14,273 nt of DNA, taken from NCBI GenBank assembly GCA_038127595.1, contig JAYPIC010000042.1, forward strand, positions 1 to 14,273, given 5' to 3'. Position numbers and translations under genes: made by a program. The notes beneath the pieces are model-generated. The model was not told where the DNA came from. It did not search any database and saw only the letters and a list, made by a program, of their open reading frames with translations. Below are positions 1 through 8,543 of the stretch, in pieces (the first letter of the stretch is position 1; each line of letters opens with the position of its first letter). The DNA comes from a bacterium. Its GTDB lineage: Bacteria > Fidelibacterota > Marinisomatia > Marinisomatales > UBA1611.

Positions 1-1
1 G

Positions 2-91
2 GCAATGACCAATGCACTTGAAACAAGAATTAAAGAAAAAATTAAAGATTTATCATTAAAAATAATAAAAAAAATAAATTTTATGGAGTAA
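2..91 (+). CDS. Partial upstream ORF entering from the left edge (AMTNALETRIKEKIKDLSLKIIKKINFME*); either the C-terminus of an upstream gene or the upstream part of a frameshifted fusion with the AGPS homolog
   Basis: Manual translation: frame 2 is open from base 2 to TAA at 89-91, while frame 1 has stops at 19, 31 and 43. The peptide looks helical and protein-like but is too short to assign a family. Confidence 0.45.
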   Translation, partial: AMTNALETRIKEKIKDLSLKIIKKINFME

Positions 92-1821
92 ATGATGATT
101 TATGGGGACATAAGTGGGGTTTTAAAGATTCATCTTTTATCATTAACGATGATAATACTGTAACATTTACTGGAAAAAGATACGAGGGTATTTCTGGTGA
201 GAGATTGCCTTACCTGATACCTTTTGTAACCAAGGTTTTGAATACAGATATAAAAAAAGAGCCATATTTTAAAGAGTTAGAAAAAAAGTATGTCACTGAA
301 AGAAAAATAAATCAAGACTTTGTAAATGATATTGAATCTTTATTCAATGAAGATCAAATTAGTTTTAGTGATGAGGAAAGAGTATTACACAGCCATGGGC
401 AAAACTCTCCAGATGAAGTTTTTAAAGTATTGTATGATAAGCTTGAAAAATTTACAGACATTGTTGTGTACGTAGAAAATGAAGAAGATGTTATTAACTT
501 AATTCAAAAAGCAAAAAAACATAATGTCTGTTTAGTTCCTTATGGTGGAGGAACCAATGTTACTAACGCATTACAACTCCCTGAAGGTGAAGAACGCATG
601 ATTGTCTCTGTTGACACAAGAAGATTGAATAAAATCATTTCAATCGATACCAAAAACCTTTTAATTGAAGTTGAAGCGGGTATTACTGGAAAGTACCTTG
701 AAGAAGAGCTTCAGAAAAAAGGTTTTACAGTAGGACATCAACCAGATAGTATTGAATTATCAACATTAGGAGGATGGATTTCTACTAATGCTGCTGGCAT
801 GAAGAAGAACAAATATGGAAACATAGAAGACATCGTTCAAAATGTGGTAATGGTAACTCCTAATGGCACTATAAACCAAATTAAACCTTTGGTACGATCT
901 TCGATTGGTATAAAAACACAAAACTTATTATTTGGTTCAGAAGGCAACATTGGCATTATTACAAAAGCGGTACTAAAAATACATAAACTACCTGAATGTA
1001 GTGATTATGAGTCTGTTGTACTTAAAGATTGGGATACTGGGCTAGATTTTATGTATGAACTTGCTCATTCAAGCTCTGTTCCAGCAAGTGCTAGAATGCT
1101 GGATAGTTTACACTATCAATTTGGTAGTGCACTAAAACCAGAAAAAAATAATATTGGCAAGCTAAAGAGCAAAATTCAAAAAATAGTTTTTAAAATGAAA
1201 GATTTTAGCACGGACGATTTTGTTGCTGCAGTATTTAAACTTGAAGGCTCATTTTCGGAGGTTGAATACCAAAGAAAAAATATAAAAAGACTAGCTAAAA
1301 AATATAATGGACTCTTGGGTGGGAGTAAAGAAGGTAAAGTAGGATATAATATCACTATGGTAATAGCATACATTCGAGAATTTTTCGTTCCTCAAGGTAT
1401 ACTTGGCGAGACACTTGAAACAGCTGTTCCATGGTCAAAAGTAAATCAAGTCAAAGATGAAGCAAATAAACTTCTAACTGAGCTTCATAAAAAATATGAT
1501 CTTCCAGGTAAGCCATTTTTCTGTTCTAGAATTTCAAAAGTTTACCACACTGGTATTTGTATGTATAACACCATGGGTATTAATGTAAGAGGAATTAAGA
1601 ACCCAGAGAAAGTATTTAGCGATATAGAACATAAAATTAGAGATTGTTTTATTAAAAATGGTGGCTCGATATCTCACCATCATGGAGTAGGAAAATTAAG
1701 GAAAGATTTTATGCCAGAAACAATTTCATCTGGAAGCATAGATGTAATACAAGGCATAAAAAAATCTCAAGATCCAGATAATATTTTTGGTATTAGTAAT
1801 AATATTGTAAATAAAAAATAA
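46..1821 (+). CDS. agpS: Alkyl-dihydroxyacetone-phosphate synthase (alkylglycerone-phosphate synthase, AGPS)-like FAD-linked oxidase, VAO/PCMH family; true start unresolved (ORF track starts at TTG 205, frame is open from 46)
   Basis: Motifs closely match eukaryotic AGPS as I recall it: LVPYGGGTNV, GHQPDSIELSTLGGWISTNAAGMKKNKYGNIED, GSEGNIGIIT, PASARMLD..YQFGSALKP, GY.IT.VIAYIRE, GETLETAVPW and catalytic GGSISHHHGVG. In-frame sequence upstream of 205 (WGHKWGFKDSSFIINDDNTVTFTGKRYEGISGERLP) matches the AGPS N-terminal WNGWGY.DS.F...TGKRY..SG..LP motif. Confidence 0.88.
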   Translation, partial: RFIIKNNKKNKFYGVNDDLWGHKWGFKDSSFIINDDNTVTFTGKRYEGISGERLPYLIPFVTKVLNTDIKKEPYFKELEKKYVTERKINQDFVNDIESLFNEDQISFSDEERVLHSHGQNSPDEVFKVLYDKLEKFTDIVVYVENEEDVINLIQKAKKHNVCLVPYGGGTNVTNALQLPEGEERMIVSVDTRRLNKIISIDTKNLLIEVEAGITGKYLEEELQKKGFTVGHQPDSIELSTLGGWISTNAAGMKKNKYGNIEDIVQNVVMVTPNGTINQIKPLVRSSIGIKTQNLLFGSEGNIGIITKAVLKIHKLPECSDYESVVLKDWDTGLDFMYELAHSSSVPASARMLDSLHYQFGSALKPEKNNIGKLKSKIQKIVFKMKDFSTDDFVAAVFKLEGSFSEVEYQRKNIKRLAKKYNGLLGGSKEGKVGYNITMVIAYIREFFVPQGILGETLETAVPWSKVNQVKDEANKLLTELHKKYDLPGKPFFCSRISKVYHTGICMYNTMGINVRGIKNPEKVFSDIEHKIRDCFIKNGGSISHHHGVGKLRKDFMPETISSGSIDVIQGIKKSQDPDNIFGISNNIVNKK

Positions 1822-1832
1822 GGTTTATCTTT

Positions 1833-2633
1833 TTGGATCTAACTGGAAAAGTATGTGTCATTACTGGAGCCTCATCAGGAATAGGCCAATCTTTAGCAAT
1901 AAAGATTTCATTAAAAGGTGCTACAGTTGTGATGGCTGCGAGGAGAAACTCTAAACTAATAACCATCAAAGAGAAAATTGATACTGAAGGAGGGAAATGT
2001 ATTGGTATCAAGACTGACATTACAAAAAAACTCGAATGCAAGCACCTAATTGATGAGACAATAAATTTATATGGCAAAATTGACATCCTAATCTTGGGAG
2101 CTGGCGTAAGCATGTGGTCTCCATTTGAAGAAATTACTGACATATCTTTTTTTGATGACCTTATGGCAACAAATTATTCAGGAGCAGTACATTGTATCCA
2201 TGCTGCTCTGCCCCACTTAATATCATCTAAAGGCATGATTGTATCGTGTTCTACTGCTCAAGCACTGGTTGGTTTTACAAATCACTCTGGATATGCTGCT
2301 TCAAAACATGCTCTACATGGATTTTTAGATACATTAGATATGGAACTAAATGGCAAAGTACAATTTCTTGAAGCTTGCCTTGGCTGGATTAGAGGAACAA
2401 ATATGCGTTCTAATGCTTTTGGCCCAAGCGGGACTAAAATGGGTGAAACAAAAAGAAAACACAGCAGTAATTCAGTAGATCTAGATGTTTGCACAGACAA
2501 AATTATTAATGCGATTTTGGAAAGAAAAAAAACTATTTATATCCCATGGAAACTTAGTCTAATACCATATTTAGACCTTTTCTTTGGAAAATTTTTAAGA
2601 AATAAGATAACAAAAGCAGTTAAATCAGAATGA
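1833..2633 (+). CDS. Classical short-chain dehydrogenase/reductase, DHRS7/DHRS7B/11beta-HSD1-like subgroup, probably NADP(H)-dependent
   Basis: TGASSGIG Rossmann motif, basic AARR after strand beta-B (NADP preference), catalytic YAASK in YAASKHALHGFLDTL, and GWIRGTNMRSNA segment. TTG start lies 11 bp after the AGPS stop, so probably co-transcribed. Confidence 0.9.
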   Translation: MDLTGKVCVITGASSGIGQSLAIKISLKGATVVMAARRNSKLITIKEKIDTEGGKCIGIKTDITKKLECKHLIDETINLYGKIDILILGAGVSMWSPFEEITDISFFDDLMATNYSGAVHCIHAALPHLISSKGMIVSCSTAQALVGFTNHSGYAASKHALHGFLDTLDMELNGKVQFLEACLGWIRGTNMRSNAFGPSGTKMGETKRKHSSNSVDLDVCTDKIINAILERKKTIYIPWKLSLIPYLDLFFGKFLRNKITKAVKSE

Positions 2634-2652
2634 CTGCATTAGGTTGAGAAAA

Positions 2653-3798
2653 TTATTTTACCATTTTTAAATATTTAGAAATAATTCTAAGCATAATCTC
2701 ATCAGTTCCTCCACCAATTGAATGGAGCCTACCATCTCTATATAATTTTGCTGCTTGATTTTCCCATGTAAAACCCATCCCGCCATAATACTGAACGCAG
2801 GTATCTGCTACTTCCCTAATGAGCCTGCCACTCTTTAGCTTAGCCATAGAAGCTAAAAGCGTTACATCTTCACCTTGGATAAAATGTTCACAGGCACGAT
2901 AAATTAATGATCTTAATAATTCAACCTCAGTTTTAAGCTCTGAAAGTCTAAATTGAATAACCTGGTTATCAATAATTTTCTTTCCAAAGGCTTTCCTTTC
3001 ATTACAATAATCAATAGTATAATCAATACAATTATCCATGGAAACTAATATACTTGCAGCAAGAAAAAGTCTTTCTTCTTGGAATTGTTCCATCTGCATT
3101 TTAAAGCCTTCACCCTCTTTTCCAATTCTATAACGCTGTGGAACACAGACATTATCAAAGTAGACTGGAGCAGTATCAGAAGTTCTTAATCCTATTTTAT
3201 CAATTTTATCTCCTATTGAAACTCCCTTTGAATCAGATGGAACTATAATAAGTGACTTATTTCGATGAGGAGCACCATCACTTGTATTTACCAATGCGCA
3301 AAAGTAATCTGCCTGGGTAGCATTTGTAATCCACATTTTTTGTCCATTTATAATATAATCATCAGCTTTCTTTATAGCATTTGTTTTCAAAGCTGAAACA
3401 TCAGAACCTCCTCCCGGTTCACTTATAGCCACGGATGCTACCATTTCTCCTTTAATCGATGGAATAAGAAATTCTTGCTTTAATTTATGCGAGCCATATC
3501 GCTCTAAAGCAGGTGTAGCCATATCTGTTTGGACACCAATTGCAGTAACAGTACCACAATCATCTGCATGTCCTAGTGCCTCAGCAAAAATAATTCCGTA
3601 GCTATAATCTAGACCCATTCCTCCGTATTCTTCATTCTTCGTTATCCCAAGTAAATCAAGTTCTGCCATTTTCTTAAAAAGATCATGAGCTGGAAAAAAT
3701 CCATCTCTCTCCCATTCATCAGTAAATGGTTTAATTTCATTTTTTGCAAAATCCTTTACTGTATTATATAATGCTAATTTTTCTTCGTTTAAATGCAT
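2653..3798 (-). CDS. atuD: Acyl-CoA dehydrogenase, citronellyl-CoA dehydrogenase (AtuD)-like
   Basis: ACAD motifs AISEPGGGSDV, INGQKMWITN and SIGGGTDEIM. AtuD-type segments GGMGLDYSY, AIGVQTDMATPAL, PHRNKSLIIVP and QMEQFQEERL. ATG preceded by AAGGA; clustered with atuA/C/E homologs. Confidence 0.85.
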   Translation of the reverse strand: MHLNEEKLALYNTVKDFAKNEIKPFTDEWERDGFFPAHDLFKKMAELDLLGITKNEEYGGMGLDYSYGIIFAEALGHADDCGTVTAIGVQTDMATPALERYGSHKLKQEFLIPSIKGEMVASVAISEPGGGSDVSALKTNAIKKADDYIINGQKMWITNATQADYFCALVNTSDGAPHRNKSLIIVPSDSKGVSIGDKIDKIGLRTSDTAPVYFDNVCVPQRYRIGKEGEGFKMQMEQFQEERLFLAASILVSMDNCIDYTIDYCNERKAFGKKIIDNQVIQFRLSELKTEVELLRSLIYRACEHFIQGEDVTLLASMAKLKSGRLIREVADTCVQYYGGMGFTWENQAAKLYRDGRLHSIGGGTDEIMLRIISKYLKMVK

Positions 3799-3823
3799 CT
3801 AATATTCCTTCAAATAATTATGA

Positions 3824-4651
3824 TCATTTAGAATTTATCCAAGCAGGTTTTCTTTTTTTAAAAAAAGAATCAAAACCTTCTTTGCCGTCGTCACTAATAA
3901 TCGTATCAGAAAATAAATCTGCTGCTTGTTCCATATCTAGCTCAATGCTAGAGGATAAAATCTTTTTTGTTATTGCAACAGCATTCGGAGAGCATTCTAG
4001 AACCTGAGATTTAACCTCTGTGATGAGTTTTTTTAATTCATTCTGGTCTAAAGCAAGATAGTCAACTAGACCAATATCGTAGCCTTTTGATCCATCTATG
4101 ACTGTTCCAAGAAGCATCAACTTTTTTGCTACCGAATGTCCCAGACGCCTTATTACATATTTAGATATTTGAGAAGGAGTTAAACCAATTTTTGTTTCAG
4201 TTAGTGCAAACTTAGTATCAGATAGCGATATTATAAGATCAGAAGCACAAGCAATTCCAAAGCCACCAGCAAAAGCATACCCTTCAGTAACAGAGACTAC
4301 AACCTGCGGGGCTTCATTAATAGTTTTAAGCAAATTGCCAATGACCATGCTTAAATCAAATGCTTCCTCTTTTGCTTTAGTTCCAGAACTAGCTATTTTT
4401 TTCATTTGTTTTAAATCAGCACCAGCACAAAATATACCATTTGATCCCCTAATTAGGACTCCTCTAACGTGCTTATTGTCTCTAATCAAATCAAAAACAG
4501 TAAATAATTCTTTAATTAAATTTTGTTTTAATGCATTTCTATTTTCTACATTATTGAGGTGGATATCTAACCAACCATTTTCATAATTAAGAGTAATATC
4601 ACTTGTTTTTGGAAAATTTTTTATATTCATTTTTTTTGTTTCATAAAACAT
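3824..4651 (-). CDS. atuE: Enoyl-CoA hydratase/isomerase (crotonase family), isohexenylglutaconyl-CoA hydratase (AtuE)-like; alternative start ATG at 4630
   Basis: Crotonase motifs FCAGADLK, AGGFGIACASD, FALTETKIGLTPSQI and C-terminal EGFDSFFKKRKPAW. APQVVV, SQI..YVIRRLG and CSPNA resemble AtuE; directly downstream of atuC. Confidence 0.82.
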   Translation of the reverse strand: MFYETKKMNIKNFPKTSDITLNYENGWLDIHLNNVENRNALKQNLIKELFTVFDLIRDNKHVRGVLIRGSNGIFCAGADLKQMKKIASSGTKAKEEAFDLSMVIGNLLKTINEAPQVVVSVTEGYAFAGGFGIACASDLIISLSDTKFALTETKIGLTPSQISKYVIRRLGHSVAKKLMLLGTVIDGSKGYDIGLVDYLALDQNELKKLITEVKSQVLECSPNAVAITKKILSSSIELDMEQAADLFSDTIISDDGKEGFDSFFKKRKPAWINSK

Positions 4652-4658
4652 TTACTAT

Positions 4659-6281
4659 TTACATTCTAGCTATTCCAAAACTATTTGGCTTCATAGCTCT
4701 ATGTTTGCTTTCCCAAAATGTTTCTAACAAAAATCCTAAAATCTTTCTTGTATCTACTGGATTAATTAGCCCATAATCAAGTCCTCTACCAGAAGTTGTG
4801 AATGCATCAGATTGAGAATTGTATTTTTCAGTAATCTCAACCAATTGGCTCTTTAACTTTTCACTATCTACAGCCTTACCTTTTCTTTCAGCAGAGGCAA
4901 TCATGACCTGCTCCATAGTTTTAGCAGCTTGTTCCCCACCCATTACTCCAATTTTTGCATTAGGCCAAGAAAATATAAAATCTGGCTCATATGCTTTGCC
5001 AGACATTGCGTAATTACCCGCACCAAAACTAGCGCCCACATTCAAGGTAATCTTAGGAACTTTAACATTAGAGACAGCTTGGATTAGCTTAGAGCCATGT
5101 TTAATCATTCCCAACTGCTCTGTTTGCTTTCCAACCATAAATCCAGTTGTATTGCTTAAAAAAATTAATGGAGTATCAGATTGATCACATAACTGAATGA
5201 ATTGAGCAGATTTTGTAGCACCATTAGGGTCTATAGGACCATTGTTTCCAATAATACCGCATGCAAACCCGTTAATTTTAGTATGAACACATACCGTGGA
5301 AACACCATACTGAGGCTTGAAATCCATAAAATCAGAGCTATCTACAATTCTAGCAATTAATTCGCGTACATTATAAGGAACTTTATAGTCAATTGGTACA
5401 ACGCCAATGATTTCTTCACAATCATATATGGGTTCTTGAAATTTAATCGACTCACGTTTTAAAATTTTTGAATTCCAGTCAATTTTATTAATTAAATCTC
5501 TAATAATCTCAATTGCATGAGCATCATCATCAGCAAGATATTCTACTAGGCCGGTAACCCTAGAATGCATTTCACTACCTCCTAGCTCCTCATTTTTAGC
5601 AATTTCACCAGTGGCTGCTTTTAAAAGCGCAGGCCCAGCTAATGCTGCCATCCCATTTTTTTTGACTCCAATTACATAATCACTCATCCCTGGCTGATAT
5701 GCACCCCCAGCTGTTGATAAACCATGTAAAACAGCAATAGTGGGTATCCCAGCTGCGCTTAATTTCGCTAAGCCATAAAACATGCCGCCAGTATTTGACC
5801 AAAACTCTACAGTATAATTCATCAAATTTATTCCTGAACTTTCAACTAGATGAATAAATGGAAGTTTTTGTTTAAGTGATATATCTAAGCATCCAAGTGC
5901 CTTATCAATTGATTTTGCTGTTAAAGCGCCAGCATTTATGCCACTATCATCAACAAATACTACACATCTTACACCACAAACAAATCCTATCCCAGCAATT
6001 ATGCTACCCCCAGATACACTAGTGTCATGATTATCATCATCAACAAGAAAACTTATCATATTGAAAAGCTCTATGAAAATTTCATCTTTATCTAAAAGCT
6101 TAGATAATCTCTCTCGAGGTGTTAGCTGTCCTCTTTCAATAAATTTAGATCTTCTTCTTTCTGAAACTTTTTCAGCACGCGAATGAATATCTTCCATTTT
6201 TTTAATCAGTTTAGTGAAGTCTTCTTTATTATTATTAAAAAGATCTGATTTGCGATTTATTTTTGAAATGAAGACTGCCAT
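4659..6281 (-). CDS. atuC: Acyl-CoA carboxylase carboxyltransferase (beta) subunit, geranyl-CoA carboxylase beta (AtuC)-like
   Basis: RGQLTPRERL, LPFIHLVESSG, STAGGAYQPGMSDY, LAGPALLKAATGE, EELGG, NTTGFMVG, GMIKHGSKLIQAVSN, GASFGAGNYAM and terminal FGIARM. AGGT RBS-like sequence upstream; adjacent to atuA. Confidence 0.88.
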   Translation of the reverse strand: MAVFISKINRKSDLFNNNKEDFTKLIKKMEDIHSRAEKVSERRRSKFIERGQLTPRERLSKLLDKDEIFIELFNMISFLVDDDNHDTSVSGGSIIAGIGFVCGVRCVVFVDDSGINAGALTAKSIDKALGCLDISLKQKLPFIHLVESSGINLMNYTVEFWSNTGGMFYGLAKLSAAGIPTIAVLHGLSTAGGAYQPGMSDYVIGVKKNGMAALAGPALLKAATGEIAKNEELGGSEMHSRVTGLVEYLADDDAHAIEIIRDLINKIDWNSKILKRESIKFQEPIYDCEEIIGVVPIDYKVPYNVRELIARIVDSSDFMDFKPQYGVSTVCVHTKINGFACGIIGNNGPIDPNGATKSAQFIQLCDQSDTPLIFLSNTTGFMVGKQTEQLGMIKHGSKLIQAVSNVKVPKITLNVGASFGAGNYAMSGKAYEPDFIFSWPNAKIGVMGGEQAAKTMEQVMIASAERKGKAVDSEKLKSQLVEITEKYNSQSDAFTTSGRGLDYGLINPVDTRKILGFLLETFWESKHRAMKPNSFGIARM

Positions 6282-6300
6282 TATGGTTACCTATTAAAAG

Positions 6301-8085
6301 TTAAACACAAATTACCTCGTTATAAACTGATTCAGGTACTGATATTTTAATGTTTAAAAAATTCTGAGCATATCCTTTACCTTGTGGATCTAGTAACAAA
6401 CTAGACATTCCACCACCATCCAAACAATTTTTCAATAAAAAATTTAATCCATATATTTTTGGTAACTCCCAGCATAAAATGGATTCTTTAGATATATTTT
6501 TTAACTGTTTGGCAATAATATCCATATTCAAGGAATCTTTGATAAAAGGAAAATAATCAGATTTCCTCGATATTACTCCAATATTAACATGGTTGCCTTT
6601 GTCCCCACTTCTAGCATAGGCAAGTTTTATTAGTGGGACTTCAAAATCTAAACTCTTGTCTGGTTGTCCTAAAATTGCAAAATCAGATCTTAAAATAGGC
6701 TCATAATGCTCGATAAAATTGGATTTTATTTTTTCTCTTATTGAATCCAAATTAACCGAACAATTAATACTGTTCTTATTAATTAAAAAAGAATATAATT
6801 TTATCAAAGGTGAAATAGAAGGCCTACCACCTAAATAGTTCATAACGCCTGGTGCCATTCCTGTAGCAGCTTGTGCTATCTCCCTAGAAAAAATAATTAG
6901 TGCTTCTTTATTTTCATGAGAAACAGCTAGTCTCATGACTACTTCATTACTTCCTGATGTAACTTTTAAATCTTTGATATCATCAGAGCCTATCACTGAT
7001 AAGTTTATTTTTTTAAAATTTGAAAAATTATTTTTCTTAAATAGATACTCTACTCTTTTAAGTATAGAATTCCCAATGGAATATGCTTTTTTCACCGCTT
7101 TTTGACCACCGATTACTAGAGTCGCTACTGATTTAAAACCGTTATGATATGTAGCAGATACTTTATAAAATATCGGCGCGGCATAACCTTTCGCACCGGT
7201 CACATGAACTCTATCCTTGCCTAAATCAGTAATTTTCACTTCTGTAAAATCACAAATGACATCAGGAAGGATATAAGCTTTAGGATCGCCAATTTCATAA
7301 AGGAGCTGCTCAGCTACAGTGCCAAAATTAACCATACCACCAGTACCTTTTGGTTTAGTAACAATGAAATCACCATTTTGTTCAACTTCAACTACTGGGA
7401 AACCAATATTTGCAAAATTATTTAGTGACTCCCAATCTGTAAAATTTCCTCCAGTTACTTGAGCACCACATTCAATTATATGCCCTACTAAACTGCCGCT
7501 AGCTAAATGATCCAATTCACTAGCTCCCCATTTAAATTCATGCATTAGTGGCCCCAAAGCTAGTGCACTATCAACGCATCTCCCTGTTAATACAATATCA
7601 GCGCCTAAATCAAGTGCTCTTTTTATTGGATTAGCACCAAGGTATACATTTATACTTAACAAATTTTTAGGTAATGACTTTTCACTTTCAATTTCTTTAA
7701 TATTCATTTTACCTAACTTATCTTGACAATCAATTAGATCATCACCTTCGACTGTCGCAATTTTTAGATTTATATTTTTTTTCTCAGCCTCATCAATTAG
7801 CGCTTTTTTACAAGCATCAAGATTTACGCCACCCGCATTACTAATAACTTTTATTTTTTTTTGTTTAATTTTTTTTAAGAGAGGTCCAATGTGATTTATA
7901 AAATCTATGGCATACCCTTTATTACTATTTTTTAATTTTGCCCCAGCAAGAATGGACATAGTCACCTCTGATAAATAATCAAATACCAGATAGTCTACAT
8001 CACCCTTTTCTACAATTTGCGGAGCTGCAATATCCGTATCACCCCAAAATCCTGAAGCACAACCTATTCTAATTTTTTTAATCAA
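6301..8085 (-). CDS. atuA: Acyclic terpene utilisation protein AtuA (DUF1446 family)
   Basis: Family signatures IRIGCASGFWGD, DYLVFDYLSEVTMSILA, NAGGVN, GADIVLTGRCVDSAL, GHIIECGAQVTGGNF, EQLLYEIGDP..YILPDV, ARSGDKGN and LDGGG.SSL.LDPQGK. TTG start with AGGA upstream. Confidence 0.93.
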   Translation of the reverse strand: MIKKIRIGCASGFWGDTDIAAPQIVEKGDVDYLVFDYLSEVTMSILAGAKLKNSNKGYAIDFINHIGPLLKKIKQKKIKVISNAGGVNLDACKKALIDEAEKKNINLKIATVEGDDLIDCQDKLGKMNIKEIESEKSLPKNLLSINVYLGANPIKRALDLGADIVLTGRCVDSALALGPLMHEFKWGASELDHLASGSLVGHIIECGAQVTGGNFTDWESLNNFANIGFPVVEVEQNGDFIVTKPKGTGGMVNFGTVAEQLLYEIGDPKAYILPDVICDFTEVKITDLGKDRVHVTGAKGYAAPIFYKVSATYHNGFKSVATLVIGGQKAVKKAYSIGNSILKRVEYLFKKNNFSNFKKINLSVIGSDDIKDLKVTSGSNEVVMRLAVSHENKEALIIFSREIAQAATGMAPGVMNYLGGRPSISPLIKLYSFLINKNSINCSVNLDSIREKIKSNFIEHYEPILRSDFAILGQPDKSLDFEVPLIKLAYARSGDKGNHVNIGVISRKSDYFPFIKDSLNMDIIAKQLKNISKESILCWELPKIYGLNFLLKNCLDGGGMSSLLLDPQGKGYAQNFLNIKISVPESVYNEVICV

Positions 8086-8141
8086 AAATACTTCCTATAA
8101 ATTTTTCAAATGCTTTAAAAGGTAATAACAAAGAATAAGAT

Positions 8142-8543
8142 TCAAATCAAAAATATCGTTTTACCCAAAATTTTAACTTCACCAGAGAGATTAAGAACTT
8201 TTAGTTTAAGAGTTATAATTTTTTTTTGATTATTTTTTTCAATTTTTGAAACCTCGCCTTTACAGATTAATCTCTCTTCTAATTTTGTAATTGAGCAGAA
8301 TTGAACACTAAAATGTTTTAAAAAAGATATAGAATTTGAATTTGCTATACTCTTCCCTAAATGAGCCATAATTAGCATACCATGAACTATAATGTTATCA
8401 AGGCCAATTGTTTTTGCAAATTCTTTATCAAAATGTATTGGATTAAAATCACCTGAAGCTCTAGCATATTCAACTAAGTCATTTTGATTGAAAGGACCAA
8501 TATTGGTTTCAGGGATTTCATAACCCACTTTAATATTTCTCAA
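8142..8543 (-). CDS. MaoC/PaaZ-type hot-dog (R)-specific enoyl-CoA hydratase/dehydratase, catalytic subunit (HadB-like)
   Basis: Hydratase-2 motif YARASGDFNPIHFD with catalytic Asp/His, followed by IVHGML; 133 aa single hot-dog size. Confidence 0.88.
   Translation of the reverse strand: MRNIKVGYEIPETNIGPFNQNDLVEYARASGDFNPIHFDKEFAKTIGLDNIIVHGMLIMAHLGKSIANSNSISFLKHFSVQFCSITKLEERLICKGEVSKIEKNNQKKIITLKLKVLNLSGEVKILGKTIFLI

Noticed and set aside
205..207. TTG at 205 as the true AGPS start
   Set aside because: The conserved AGPS N-terminal motif is encoded in frame upstream of it, so this start would truncate the fold.
1833..2633. SDR as the missing AtuB/AtuG of the atu cluster
   Set aside because: It lies on the opposite strand, is tightly coupled to AGPS, and its motifs resemble the DHRS7/11beta-HSD1-like group. 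A role in terpene alcohol oxidation is not excluded but is unsupported.
2634..2652. Bidirectional terminator between the convergent blocks
   Set aside because: The 19-bp gap shows no inverted repeat able to form a stable hairpin.
4659..6281. Leucine-pathway methylcrotonyl-CoA carboxylase (liuB) assignment for the cluster
   Set aside because: The STAGGAYQPG motif, the adjacent atuA and the AtuD-type dehydrogenase fit the atu paralogs better than liuABC.
8086..8141. Internal promoter or AtuR-type operator upstream of atuA
   Set aside because: No correctly spaced -35/-10 pair or clear inverted repeat is distinguishable from AT-rich background; only an AGGA ribosome-binding site is evident.
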